Both the position numbers and the translations under genes were made by a program. Positions 46,532 to 56,237 of a stretch of DNA of 64,000 nt are shown one piece after another. This DNA is from an archaeon (GTDB lineage: Archaea; Nanobdellota; Nanobdellia; SCGC-AAA011-G17; GW2011-AR20). The notes under the pieces were generated by a model. It did no database searches and was not told where the DNA came from. It was given only the letters and a program-made list of their open reading frames with translations. Positions within the stretch are counted from its first letter, which is position 1. Each line of letters begins with the position of its first letter. Location of the stretch: contig NZCT01000024.1 in assembly GCA_002688355.1 (NCBI GenBank), forward strand, positions 39,717 to 103,716. Direction: 5' to 3'.

Positions 46532-47139
46532 AATCAAGTTTCCTATATTCAGTGATAGATTCAATCTTTGTAAATAGTAATATCTTTAATTCATTTAGAA
46601 ATTTAATTCATAGTAATTTTAGAGATGAGAAAAATGCAGTTAAAAGAAATTTAAATACAAATATAAAAACTCTAGATTTTGGTTGTGGTGCAGGACAATT
46701 CTCTCCATTATTTTACTCAAAAGAATATTACGGCGTAGACGTAGATGAAAAATATATAGATTTCTGTAAAAAGAAAAGAAAAGGTAATTTTTCACAAATT
46801 CCTACAAGTCCTCCCTACAGTTTTAACGAGAAATTCTTTGATCAAATTTTACTCTCAGCAGTAATCCATCATATAAACAAAAAAACTCTAACTACAATAT
46901 CACAAGAACTTAAAAGAATCTTAAAAGATAATGGAAAATTAATGATTCTAGATCACTTTAGAATTGAAAAACAAAGGAATATTTTCTGTAAGTTTTTAGT
47001 ATATCTAGATCGTGGAAATTTCTTTAGAAATCCAGAAGAAGTGATAAATATATTTTCAGAAGATTTTAAAGTTGAAAGAAAACAATTATTCAAAAATAGC
47101 ATGTACAAAGATTATGTTTTGATTTTCTCTAAGAAATAA
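46510..47139 (+). CDS. class I SAM-dependent methyltransferase
   Basis: Motif I LDFGCGAGQFS, with motif post-I YYGVDVDE after it. Confidence 0.6.
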   Translation: MHFNFKMKSSFLYSVIDSIFVNSNIFNSFRNLIHSNFRDEKNAVKRNLNTNIKTLDFGCGAGQFSPLFYSKEYYGVDVDEKYIDFCKKKRKGNFSQIPTSPPYSFNEKFFDQILLSAVIHHINKKTLTTISQELKRILKDNGKLMILDHFRIEKQRNIFCKFLVYLDRGNFFRNPEEVINIFSEDFKVERKQLFKNSMYKDYVLIFSKK

Positions 47140-48816
47140 TCATTTAACAACATAAATCTCAGTAACTTTATTATTAACTTCAAATCTTTTAACCAACTCT
47201 AAATCTAATTGATCTCTAATATCTTGAACTCGTTGGTTACTAAATTCTTGAGGAGAATGATAATAAACATCTATACTATTAATCTTAATATCCTTTTCAT
47301 TTAATTCAGGATTAGCATATAAAGTATAATTCTTACTAGCTAATTCAGCATGCCTCTCAATCGTCACAACATCTAAACCTTCCCTAACGTACTTACCATA
47401 AGGATATTGTAAATCCAAAGTTAATGGAAATGTAGTCAAAATAGTTTTATCTGCAAAGTTACTTTCAATATAAGAAGCTCCTAGCTGTCTAACTTCAATA
47501 AAATCTTGATACTCTAAATTATTTTCTAATACAAATCCAGTAGCATCACTATCTCCATGAAATTGAAACGCACTTAATAAAACAAATAATAACAAAATAA
47601 TAAACGCCTTATTCTTGAATATTCTACTCATAGCATTAGAAGTTAACAAAGCAAATACTGGAAATATGGGCAATAAATACTTAGGATTAGTTGGTATAAT
47701 CAAGGAATACATTCCAATAAAAGCTAACATTAAAATAAATATCTCCCAATAATTTCTCTCTAATAAAAACTTCTTAATTTCATCTCTAGTAAATATTATC
47801 AAAAATACCACAAAAGCAAATAGCAAACTAAAATTTCTAAACAGCTCTAAATAATTACCAATATTAGCATAATACACAACATATCTTCCTAACAAATAAG
47901 GAACATTAAAAAATATAAAAAAAGCAATTACACTAAAAATTAAAGGATATAAAATATTCTTAAATTCTTTCAATTTCTTAAAAGAAACAAATTGTATAAA
48001 AAATAACGTAGTTAATATCCATCTAAAATCATCAAAAAGTAAAATCTTTAAAACAACTACAAAATGAAACAAATTCTTTACTGGTTCTATAACAATCAAA
48101 GAAGTACTAACAGGTAATAGAAAAAATCCATAAAATATCTTATTAGATAATACCCATAATAAAAACACAAAAATAGGAATAGAATAAATCAAACCAATTT
48201 TTAACTTATCTTTCTCCTTAATAATTTTAATAAATAATAAAGCTATTACAAAAGCAATTGCAGGCTCCTTAGTTAAAATAGCTAAAGAAGCAAATAAAAC
48301 ATACAAATAATGATTATTTCTAATAGCAAAATACAATCCAATAATAATTAACGCAGTTAAAGGCATCTCTAAATAAAACAAACTAGAAAAAGAAAAAAAC
48401 ATAGGTGTAAATAATAAAACAAAAGCAGCAATTATCCCAACTCTTTTACTAAATAATTCTCTACCAATTAAATAAGTAAAATAAACAGCTAAAAAGGAAA
48501 ATACAACAGTAATCAAATGTGATACAACTAAAGAATCTCCAAATATTCTAAATATTAATCCTGAAAATAAAAAAAAGAATGGTGGATGTCCCAACCCATA
48601 TTCTAATAAAAATGGAGTTACTTGAACTGAAAAAACATAGTTAACAGCCTTTATAACATAATTAAAATCATCCCATGAATAAGATAAATCAAAAGTTTCT
48701 ATTTTCAAAAGTAGAACTACTAAAAACAAAAATATTGGTATTAAAAATTCAATTCTTCTATTCTTTTCACTTAAAAAATCCATAGAATATTTACTATGAA
48801 AAGACTTAAATAACAT
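47140..48816 (-). CDS. GT-C fold membrane glycosyltransferase (PMT/ArnT-like)
   Basis: 558 aa with many TM helices and a C-terminal soluble domain. Confidence 0.45.
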   Translation of the reverse strand: MLFKSFHSKYSMDFLSEKNRRIEFLIPIFLFLVVLLLKIETFDLSYSWDDFNYVIKAVNYVFSVQVTPFLLEYGLGHPPFFFLFSGLIFRIFGDSLVVSHLITVVFSFLAVYFTYLIGRELFSKRVGIIAAFVLLFTPMFFSFSSLFYLEMPLTALIIIGLYFAIRNNHYLYVLFASLAILTKEPAIAFVIALLFIKIIKEKDKLKIGLIYSIPIFVFLLWVLSNKIFYGFFLLPVSTSLIVIEPVKNLFHFVVVLKILLFDDFRWILTTLFFIQFVSFKKLKEFKNILYPLIFSVIAFFIFFNVPYLLGRYVVYYANIGNYLELFRNFSLLFAFVVFLIIFTRDEIKKFLLERNYWEIFILMLAFIGMYSLIIPTNPKYLLPIFPVFALLTSNAMSRIFKNKAFIILLLFVLLSAFQFHGDSDATGFVLENNLEYQDFIEVRQLGASYIESNFADKTILTTFPLTLDLQYPYGKYVREGLDVVTIERHAELASKNYTLYANPELNEKDIKINSIDVYYHSPQEFSNQRVQDIRDQLDLELVKRFEVNNKVTEIYVVK

Positions 48817-48834
48817 TCTTTTAAAATTTAAATT

Positions 48835-49479
48835 ATGAAAGTCTGCATCGCTATGCTTACATTAAATGAAGAGGAAAATATTTCTTTTATGATAGATGAA
48901 ATAAAACAAAGATGTCCTTCCTATGATTTAATAATAATAGATGGTTTCTCAACAGACAACACAGTTAAAATAGCTAAAGAAAAAGGAATTCCTGTATATA
49001 AAAGAGAGAAGCATGGTTACGGAAACGGAATTAGAACAGCAATAAAAGTAGCTTATGAAAATGAATATGATGCTTTATTAAAATTAGATTGTGATAGAAC
49101 ATATCCAGCTTCTCACATTAAAAAATTAATAGAAAAAATACCTGAATATGATTATGCAGTTGGTAATAGATCAATGAAAAATGTTGAGTTCGGCCATAGA
49201 TATCCAAATATGTTTTTTAATATTCTAACAAGTATTGTTTATGGTAAAAAATTCAATGATGTAAACTGTGGAATGTGGGCCATGAAACCTAAAAAATTCC
49301 ATAAATTAGTAAAACAAGATGGCTGGGATGTAACAATAGAATTATCAATAATAGCAGCTAAAAACAAATATAAAATGGCTCAAATCCCAATTCCATACAT
49401 GACTAGAGTTGGAGACTCTAAAATAAAAGTAAGAGATGGTTTTACAATGTTATATAGAATTCTTAGAAATCGGTTCTAA
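48835..49479 (+). CDS. GT2 glycosyltransferase
   Basis: VCIAMLTLNEEENI ... IIIDGFSTDNT ... KLDCDRTY. Confidence 0.65.
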   Translation: MKVCIAMLTLNEEENISFMIDEIKQRCPSYDLIIIDGFSTDNTVKIAKEKGIPVYKREKHGYGNGIRTAIKVAYENEYDALLKLDCDRTYPASHIKKLIEKIPEYDYAVGNRSMKNVEFGHRYPNMFFNILTSIVYGKKFNDVNCGMWAMKPKKFHKLVKQDGWDVTIELSIIAAKNKYKMAQIPIPYMTRVGDSKIKVRDGFTMLYRILRNRF

Positions 49480-49637
49480 AATAAAGCATAAATAAAAGGT
49501 GAAACAGAACTACTTTGACTAAAAATTATTAAAGTAGCAACAAGTATCAATAAAATAATTATAGGAGATAACCACCAAGCTTTTCTAACTTTCAAAAAAT
49601 CCCAAGTTTCTCCAAGTAAAGATCTATTATTTGCCAT
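49476..49637 (-). CDS. unannotated 53-aa membrane protein resembling the small proteins (DUF5989/SxtK-like) that accompany carbamoyltransferases
   Basis: ATG 49637 to TAG 49476, reading MANNRSLLGETWDFLKVRKAWWLSPIIILLILVATLIIFSQSSSVSPFIYALF. From memory, the KxWWLxPII...PFIY[AT]LF pattern matches that family. The ORF overlaps the 3' end of the carbamoyltransferase gene. Confidence 0.5.
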   Translation of the reverse strand: MANNRSLLGETWDFLKVRKAWWLSPIIILLILVATLIIFSQSSSVSPFIYALF

Positions 49638-52551
49638 TTTCTACATTATAGTCTTTTCTTAAATTATTTAAAATTATCTCTACTGCAAATTCATTCCCTT
49701 TTTCATTTAAATGTAAATCATGCTTAAAATATAATCCTTCTTTATCTTCAAAATCTCTAAACGAAGGATACAAATCTATTACATCCACAGAGCAATTAAA
49801 TCCAATATCATCTAATAAAATAGAAACCTTTTCAACATCAACATCATTTCTTTCTAAATTTAATTCCCTTAACCTAATATCTAATAAATTATCTAAAACA
49901 TGAACCTTATCTGGAATATTAACTAAAACTAAAGGAATATCTTTTAATTCATCAGAAATCTCACAGTATATTTTCTCATTCAATTCTATATACTTTTCAT
50001 ACGTATCAGAATACTCTTTCTTAATAATAGAGATTTCATAGGTTTCTAATGAAGTATCTTCTTTATACAATGGAGTTAATTTATACACTTGTAAAATAAA
50101 AGGCTTAAACAAAACATATGAATGTGAATTATGTTCTAAAAATAAATTAATTTTTAATATTGTAGAATACTCTACTTGTCCTAAATTCTCTCTTTCAGGA
50201 ACTGGAACATTAGTTAACTCTAATTCATTATCCTCTAAAACAAATAAAGGTTTACTATAACTATATCTGGAGTTCTTACCAGCATCTTCTAAATCATTTG
50301 CATAAAACCCAATAATAACCATATCTGGATTAAATTCTAAAACACTATCTAATTGTAAATAATATTGATCTGTCCCATAACCACTTACACCAAAATTTAA
50401 GATTTCTACATTATCTAATTTACTTTCTAAAACATTAGTAATTCTATATTCATCATTTACACCAAAACCCCAAATAAAAGAATCTCCTAAAAAAGCAATT
50501 CTAAATTTGTCTTTTTCTAAAGAAATATCCTTACTCATTCGTAAACCTTGATTATTATTTTTAACTAAAATATTAAATTCATCAGAGAAAAATCTTCCTT
50601 CAACATTAGGTTTCAACTTCCAACCAAGTAAAGAATCATATTCAGCAAAAGTTCCCCTATCATTAGTCGGATAAAACTCAGGGCTTAAAGCTTGGGGTAA
50701 AAACAATCTTAACCCACCTTCCAATAAAATAAAAAATATTAAAATACTAAAAGTTAACAATATTAAGTTTAAAAAAATCTTTTTATCTTTAGTCTTAGGA
50801 TTTACTTCGCTGTCCCATTTATGTTTTAAATTATCATTTCTTTTGATTAGAAAATTTCCCATAACTAAATAATCTATTTCAGTTCCCATAACACATTTAT
50901 ACGCATCATATGGTGAACAAACAATAGGTTCCCCCCTAATATTAAAAGAAGTATTAATCAAAATAGGAACACTAGATAACTTACCAAATTCTTTAATTAA
51001 ATCATAATACATCCCATTTTGCTCTTTTCTTATTGTTTGTAGTCTGCCACTACCATCAACATGTGTTACTCCTGGAATTAATTTCCGTTTATCTTTTTTA
51101 ATAGGATAAACCATTAACATATAATCTGTTGGTTCAGGTATTGGTTCATCACATTCGAAATAATCTAACGCATCTTCTTCACAAATTACTGGAGCAAAAG
51201 GTCTAAATTTTTCTCTATGTTTAACTTTTAAATTTAAAATCTCTTGAATCTTAGGGTTACAAGGATTAGATAAAATACTTCTATTGCCTAAAGCCCTAGG
51301 GCCCCATTCCATTCTTCCTTGGAACCAACCAATAACTTTATCTTCATAAATTAATTTAGCAACTTTCTCAATTAAATTTTTATTATTTTTAACATAAGTA
51401 TATTCAATATTATTCTTATCTAAAAAAGATTTAATCTTCTCTTCAGAATACTCAGGACCTAAATATGCATTCTTCAATTTGAAGTTTCTTTTCTTTCCTA
51501 AAATATTATGATAAATATAAGAAGCTACTCCAATACTTGTTCCGCCATCTCCAGCATCAGGTTGTATCCAAATACTTTTAAAATCAGTATTTTTTAAAAT
51601 CTTACCGTTAGCAACACTATTTAATGCAACCCCCCCACTTAAAACAATATTTTCACTTTTAGTAATATTATGAACATGATTCAAAATCTTAATTAAAATT
51701 TCCTCTAAAATTAATTGCAATGCAGCTGCAATATCTTTATGTCTTTCAGTTATCTTAGTCCCTCCTTCTCGAATACTACCTCCAAGCAAATCGCATAATT
51801 TCTCAGAAGGCATTCTATCTTTAAAATGATAAACAAAGTAATCCATATCTAATTTAAAACTTCCATCTTCCTTAACATCAATTATTTTTTTTAATTTCTT
51901 ATAATAAACATTCTTTTCTTTATTCGTCAAACCATAAGCTGCTAAACCCATTACTTTATACTCAGAATTATTCACGCTAAAACCTAAATATGCTGTTATA
52001 GTTGAATACAACAAACCTAAAGAATGTGGAAACTTAATTTCTTTCATTAAATTGATCTCATTTCCATTACCATAACCATAAGCTGTAGTTGTCCATTCTC
52101 CAACGCCATCAACAGTTAAAATAGCACTTTCCTTAAAACCACTAACTAAAAAAGAACTAGCTGCATGTGCCAAATGATGTTCAACAAACAGAATATCTCC
52201 TTTATAATTTAATTTTTTCTTAATAGAATTAACAACTCGTAACTTCTCATTTATCCAAGATGGTAAAGAACTAATAAAAGTCTTAAAACTTTTGGGAAAT
52301 TCACTTAAATGTTGACTTAAAACTCTTTCAAATTTCAAAAAAGGCTTCTCATAAAATCCAATATATTTAACTTTATTAATTTTAATTCCTTCACTCTTTA
52401 AACAGTATTTTATAGAATTTATAGGAAAAGAAGTATCATGTTTTTTTCTAGTAAATCTTTCTTCTTGAGCAGCAGCTATAATCTTCCCATCCTTCAATAA
52501 GGCAGCAGATGAATCGTGATAATAACACGAAATTCCTAAAATATAAGTCAT
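49627..52551 (-). CDS. NodU/CmcH-family carbamoyltransferase fused through a TM helix to a C-terminal SGNH/GDSL-like hydrolase domain
   Basis: The N-terminus MTYILGISCYYHDSSAALLKDGKIIAAAQEERFTRKKHD is the signature start of carbamoyltransferases. A TM segment IFLNLILLTFSILIFFILL follows at about residue 590. The C-terminal part has RIAFLGDSFIWGFG, a GDSx block. The protein is 974 aa. Confidence 0.7.
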   Translation of the reverse strand: MTYILGISCYYHDSSAALLKDGKIIAAAQEERFTRKKHDTSFPINSIKYCLKSEGIKINKVKYIGFYEKPFLKFERVLSQHLSEFPKSFKTFISSLPSWINEKLRVVNSIKKKLNYKGDILFVEHHLAHAASSFLVSGFKESAILTVDGVGEWTTTAYGYGNGNEINLMKEIKFPHSLGLLYSTITAYLGFSVNNSEYKVMGLAAYGLTNKEKNVYYKKLKKIIDVKEDGSFKLDMDYFVYHFKDRMPSEKLCDLLGGSIREGGTKITERHKDIAAALQLILEEILIKILNHVHNITKSENIVLSGGVALNSVANGKILKNTDFKSIWIQPDAGDGGTSIGVASYIYHNILGKKRNFKLKNAYLGPEYSEEKIKSFLDKNNIEYTYVKNNKNLIEKVAKLIYEDKVIGWFQGRMEWGPRALGNRSILSNPCNPKIQEILNLKVKHREKFRPFAPVICEEDALDYFECDEPIPEPTDYMLMVYPIKKDKRKLIPGVTHVDGSGRLQTIRKEQNGMYYDLIKEFGKLSSVPILINTSFNIRGEPIVCSPYDAYKCVMGTEIDYLVMGNFLIKRNDNLKHKWDSEVNPKTKDKKIFLNLILLTFSILIFFILLEGGLRLFLPQALSPEFYPTNDRGTFAEYDSLLGWKLKPNVEGRFFSDEFNILVKNNNQGLRMSKDISLEKDKFRIAFLGDSFIWGFGVNDEYRITNVLESKLDNVEILNFGVSGYGTDQYYLQLDSVLEFNPDMVIIGFYANDLEDAGKNSRYSYSKPLFVLEDNELELTNVPVPERENLGQVEYSTILKINLFLEHNSHSYVLFKPFILQVYKLTPLYKEDTSLETYEISIIKKEYSDTYEKYIELNEKIYCEISDELKDIPLVLVNIPDKVHVLDNLLDIRLRELNLERNDVDVEKVSILLDDIGFNCSVDVIDLYPSFRDFEDKEGLYFKHDLHLNEKGNEFAVEIILNNLRKDYNVENGK

Positions 52552-52552
52552 T

Positions 52553-52792
52553 TTAAAATTGTCTAAAATATTCCTTCAATGGTTTTTTTCTTAAATTCAA
52601 TTTGCTCCAATAACTATCATTTTCTTCTTTCTTAAAATCCAAAAATTTCTTATTAAACCTCTTAGCAATAAAAGAAGTTACTCCAACGCCAATTAAGTAA
52701 ACAAAACTTAGTAAAATAGAATTCACTACTGTACTAATATTTTCCCCAAAATCTCTCATTCCTTTTTTAAAACCTTTTAAAAATAATTTCAT
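52553..52792 (-). CDS. small membrane protein, FGENI-motif paralogue B
   Basis: 79 aa containing RDFGENISTVVNSILLSFVYLIGVGV. It overlaps paralogue A by 4 nt. Confidence 0.35.
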   Translation of the reverse strand: MKLFLKGFKKGMRDFGENISTVVNSILLSFVYLIGVGVTSFIAKRFNKKFLDFKKEENDSYWSKLNLRKKPLKEYFRQF

Positions 52793-52992
52793 CTCAATAT
52801 CCTCTTCAAATAAACTCCAAATAAAGTTATTACTAAAACTATTACCATAACATAAAAATAACTAATTCCTCTATTTGTTAAAGATAAAATAAAAAATAAA
52901 ACAGTAGTAAATAAAAAATATGAAAATAAATAACCTATATTTTCTCCAAATTCTTGAATTCTATTTTCTTGCTTAAAAACCATAATTATCAC
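52789..52992 (-). CDS. small membrane protein, FGENI-motif paralogue A
   Basis: 67 aa containing QEFGENIGYLFSYFLFTTVLFFIL, and carrying the same motif plus TM layout as its downstream neighbour. Confidence 0.35.
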   Translation of the reverse strand: MIIMVFKQENRIQEFGENIGYLFSYFLFTTVLFFILSLTNRGISYFYVMVIVLVITLFGVYLKRILR

Positions 52993-53074
52993 TTAAGTAA
53001 AAAATTTATAAACCTTATTATAAACTAAAATAATCTAATTTTCTTCATAGATTAGATTTCTAGAATCAAAAATT

Positions 53075-54202
53075 CTAACTATCAAAAATCTTATTTATCG
53101 ATTTTTTATCGTATCTCAATGAATTCATTAAATTACACTGGTGAGTACAAGAACAACAATCAGTTTGTTTTCTCCTATCATCTGCTTTTTTAGATTTCCA
53201 TAATTTATAGAAATCATAATCAAAATCTTTCAAATTAGCAAAGGGTTTTGTAAATTCGCACACAGAAACACCACCATCTGTATATATAACACAATCTACC
53301 TTCCCAGCAGTACAATTCATAAATCTCTTTTTCTCTTTAGAAACCCTAATAAAATACTCATTAACAACAGAAATTGTTTTCTTTAACAAAGGATTAACAT
53401 TTTTATTTTGATTATTAATGTACTTAGCTAAGGTTTCCATTTCCTCAACAGTTAAAATTTCATCACTAGGGTCAAAATCACTTAAAATATTTTTATCTAT
53501 ATCAAAAGATTGTAATGCAGCACTTCTAACAAACTGTAGTCCGTGAAAAACCCCAAGTTTCTCAATATCTTTTACCAATTCATCTATTACTCCTAAATTC
53601 CTCCTACTAATTGTCGTAGAAACCGTAATATCAAAATTCTCATATTCATGTCTTAATTCTTTAAGTTGTTTTATTGCTTCTATACATCTTTTGTATGATC
53701 CCTTCATTCCTCTAATCTCATCATGCATTTTCTCAGGACCATCAATAGATACTTGAATATTAACATCTATATTTATTGTATCCAAAACTTCTCTAACTTT
53801 ATTATAAACTACTTTAGGCATAGTAGCATTAGTTGGAATATTCACTTTTTCAGTTTTATATTTATCAAGAATTTTAATTATATCTATAATATCCGCTCGT
53901 AAAAATGGTTCTCCACCAGTCATTACAACTGTTTTTATTGGATTTTTCATAGAAGCAAATAATTTTTCATATTTTTTCAAATCCAATTCATTAACTGGTT
54001 TATTCAAATGAGCTGCATAAAAACAATGAGAACAATATAAATTACATCTATCTGTTATAAATAAATTAATTAATTTTGGAGTTTCTATACTATCAAATTC
54101 CTTTTTTGCTGCACTATAAACATAACTAGCTACTCCTTTTCTAACTACTTTAGGAGTCTTCATTACATTCTGATAGATTCTCTCTCTTAATTTAGATTTC
54201 AT
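53075..54202 (-). CDS. radical SAM enzyme with a C-terminal SPASM/twitch Cys-rich domain (anSME-like)
   Basis: CNLYCSHCFY is a Cx3Cx2C motif and GGEPFL is the SAM-binding motif. The C-terminus has CTAGKVDC...VC...CCSCTHQC. Confidence 0.75.
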   Translation of the reverse strand: MKSKLRERIYQNVMKTPKVVRKGVASYVYSAAKKEFDSIETPKLINLFITDRCNLYCSHCFYAAHLNKPVNELDLKKYEKLFASMKNPIKTVVMTGGEPFLRADIIDIIKILDKYKTEKVNIPTNATMPKVVYNKVREVLDTINIDVNIQVSIDGPEKMHDEIRGMKGSYKRCIEAIKQLKELRHEYENFDITVSTTISRRNLGVIDELVKDIEKLGVFHGLQFVRSAALQSFDIDKNILSDFDPSDEILTVEEMETLAKYINNQNKNVNPLLKKTISVVNEYFIRVSKEKKRFMNCTAGKVDCVIYTDGGVSVCEFTKPFANLKDFDYDFYKLWKSKKADDRRKQTDCCSCTHQCNLMNSLRYDKKSINKIFDS

Positions 54203-55158
54203 AAAAATTTATTATTTCGCCTTGTATATAACGTTTTTGGTAAATATGCTAAATTCCATAAATAAGCTAAAAACAAGTTAGAACTATAGCTTGTTCCAAG
54301 TTTAACAACCTTTACAACAATATGATCATCTTTACTCTTTTTTTCCTTGTTATACCACCCAATATCTTTTAATTCTCTTTTTTTTAGTTCCTCGATTCTT
54401 TTTGGAAGAATTTTAAGAGTAGTAATTACATCTATTAAAGGCAAAAAAAGAAGGAAAAGTAGATTCTCTTTCTTAACTAAAAATCTAACTCTATTCTTAT
54501 GAAACCTAAAGAAATTACTAAGACGTGTTTGTTTATCAATATAATGATAAGCCATTATTCCATCATCTATAACATTTTTGTAACCTAATTTTCTTATCAA
54601 AAATCCTACATCATTATCTTCATAACCATAAAAATAACCTGGATCAAATCCTCCAACAGAAATTAATAAATCTTTTCTGACAAAACAATTAGAAGTAGCA
54701 ATATAATCAACCTCTCTATTTTTTACTGAAGTTGAATATATAAAAACACCGTCTTGATTTCTTTGAGTATTAGATATTCTAACTTGGTATTTATTATCAA
54801 AGAATGTTTCCTCTCCTCCAATTTCCCCTAAATTTGAATCATTATCCATCATATTAATCATATTTTTTAAACAATCTTCAGATTTGGCTTCAGCATCACT
54901 ATCTAAGAACCATATGTATTTTCCTTGAGATATTTTTATTGCTTGATTTCTTGCTACAGATGCTCCAAGATTAGAATCATTTTCAATTACTTTCAAATTC
55001 TTACATTTTTTTAAATACTCTAGACTACCATCTGTACTACCATTATCTATCACAATAATTTCAAAAATTTTAGAAGTTTGTTTGTAAACAGAATCTAAAC
55101 ATTTTTTTAAGTATTCTTTTCTGTTAAATGTAGGCACTATTACCGTCACTAAAACCAT
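54199..55158 (-). CDS. GT2 glycosyltransferase
   Basis: VTVIVPTFNRKEYL ... IIVIDNGSTDGS ... FLDSDAE. Confidence 0.7.
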   Translation of the reverse strand: MVLVTVIVPTFNRKEYLKKCLDSVYKQTSKIFEIIVIDNGSTDGSLEYLKKCKNLKVIENDSNLGASVARNQAIKISQGKYIWFLDSDAEAKSEDCLKNMINMMDNDSNLGEIGGEETFFDNKYQVRISNTQRNQDGVFIYSTSVKNREVDYIATSNCFVRKDLLISVGGFDPGYFYGYEDNDVGFLIRKLGYKNVIDDGIMAYHYIDKQTRLSNFFRFHKNRVRFLVKKENLLFLLFLPLIDVITTLKILPKRIEELKKRELKDIGWYNKEKKSKDDHIVVKVVKLGTSYSSNLFLAYLWNLAYLPKTLYTRRNNKFL

Positions 55159-55244
55159 CGAATTTAGAAGCTTTCTTTATTTAAAAGATTTTCCGTAAAA
55201 AAACTTGTAGAAAGATTTTTATAAGCATTTACTAGGTTTTTATT

Positions 55245-56237
55245 ATGGAATTCACATTAGCACCATTTTTAGCAGCTTTGTTCGCATTTCTAATAACATT
55301 CATAGCAACAGATTGGTTAATTAGATACTTAAATAGAATTGGATTAACAGTAAAAGATCAAAATAAAAAAGATACTCCAATCGTTCCTATTTCAGGTGGT
55401 TTAGCTGTTCTCTCAGGAATATTCATAGGTCTAATGACATATGTATTTACTCAAACATTTTATTTTGGCTATCTGAATACTTTATTACAAGTTTTTGCTG
55501 CCTTAACGTCCATAATAATGATAACTCTTGTTGGTTTTCTTGATGATATTTTAATTAGGAAATCAAAAGAAACATCTTTTGGTTTAAAGCAATGGCAAAA
55601 ACCACTTCTAACTTTAAGTGCAGCAGTTCCATTAATGGTTATAAACGCAGGTTCAACAAAGATGGCTATTCCCTTTATAGGACAAATAGATTTCGGAATA
55701 CTTTATCCTTTAATCCTTATTCCCATAGGTGTAGTTGGAGCTGCAAACATGGTAAACATGTTAGAAGGTTTCAATGGAATGGGAACTGGAATGGGTATTG
55801 TTTACATAGGAATGTTAGGATTTTACGCTTTCATAAATAAAGAAGAAGTAGCAGCTCTTATTGCATTAATAACATTTACTTCACTAATTGCCTTTTACTT
55901 ATACAATAGATATCCAGCAAAAATTCTTCCAGGAGATTCCTTAACTTATTTACTTGGAGGCGTTATAGCAGTAATAGCCATAATCGGTAATATAGAAAAA
56001 GCAGCTCTTATTGCTAGTATACCTTTCCTAATAGAGTTCATATTAAAAGCAAGAAATAAATTTAAAGTTAAAAGCTATGGTTTTTATAAAGATGGAAAAA
56101 TACATTCATATCACAAAGATAAAATTTATTCCATCCCACACATATTTACAAGAACAGGAAAATTCACTGAAAGACAAATTGTTTATTTCATGATATTAAT
56201 TGAATTTTTCTTTTCAAGTTTAATTTGGGTAGTATAA
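55245..56237 (+). CDS. GT4-family polyprenyl-phosphate HexNAc-1-phosphate transferase (AglH/WecA/MraY-like)
   Basis: About 10 TM helices. It has GFLDDIL and NMVNMLEGFNGMGTG, matching NxxNxxDGxDGL-type motifs. Confidence 0.65.
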   Translation: MEFTLAPFLAALFAFLITFIATDWLIRYLNRIGLTVKDQNKKDTPIVPISGGLAVLSGIFIGLMTYVFTQTFYFGYLNTLLQVFAALTSIIMITLVGFLDDILIRKSKETSFGLKQWQKPLLTLSAAVPLMVINAGSTKMAIPFIGQIDFGILYPLILIPIGVVGAANMVNMLEGFNGMGTGMGIVYIGMLGFYAFINKEEVAALIALITFTSLIAFYLYNRYPAKILPGDSLTYLLGGVIAVIAIIGNIEKAALIASIPFLIEFILKARNKFKVKSYGFYKDGKIHSYHKDKIYSIPHIFTRTGKFTERQIVYFMILIEFFFSSLIWVV

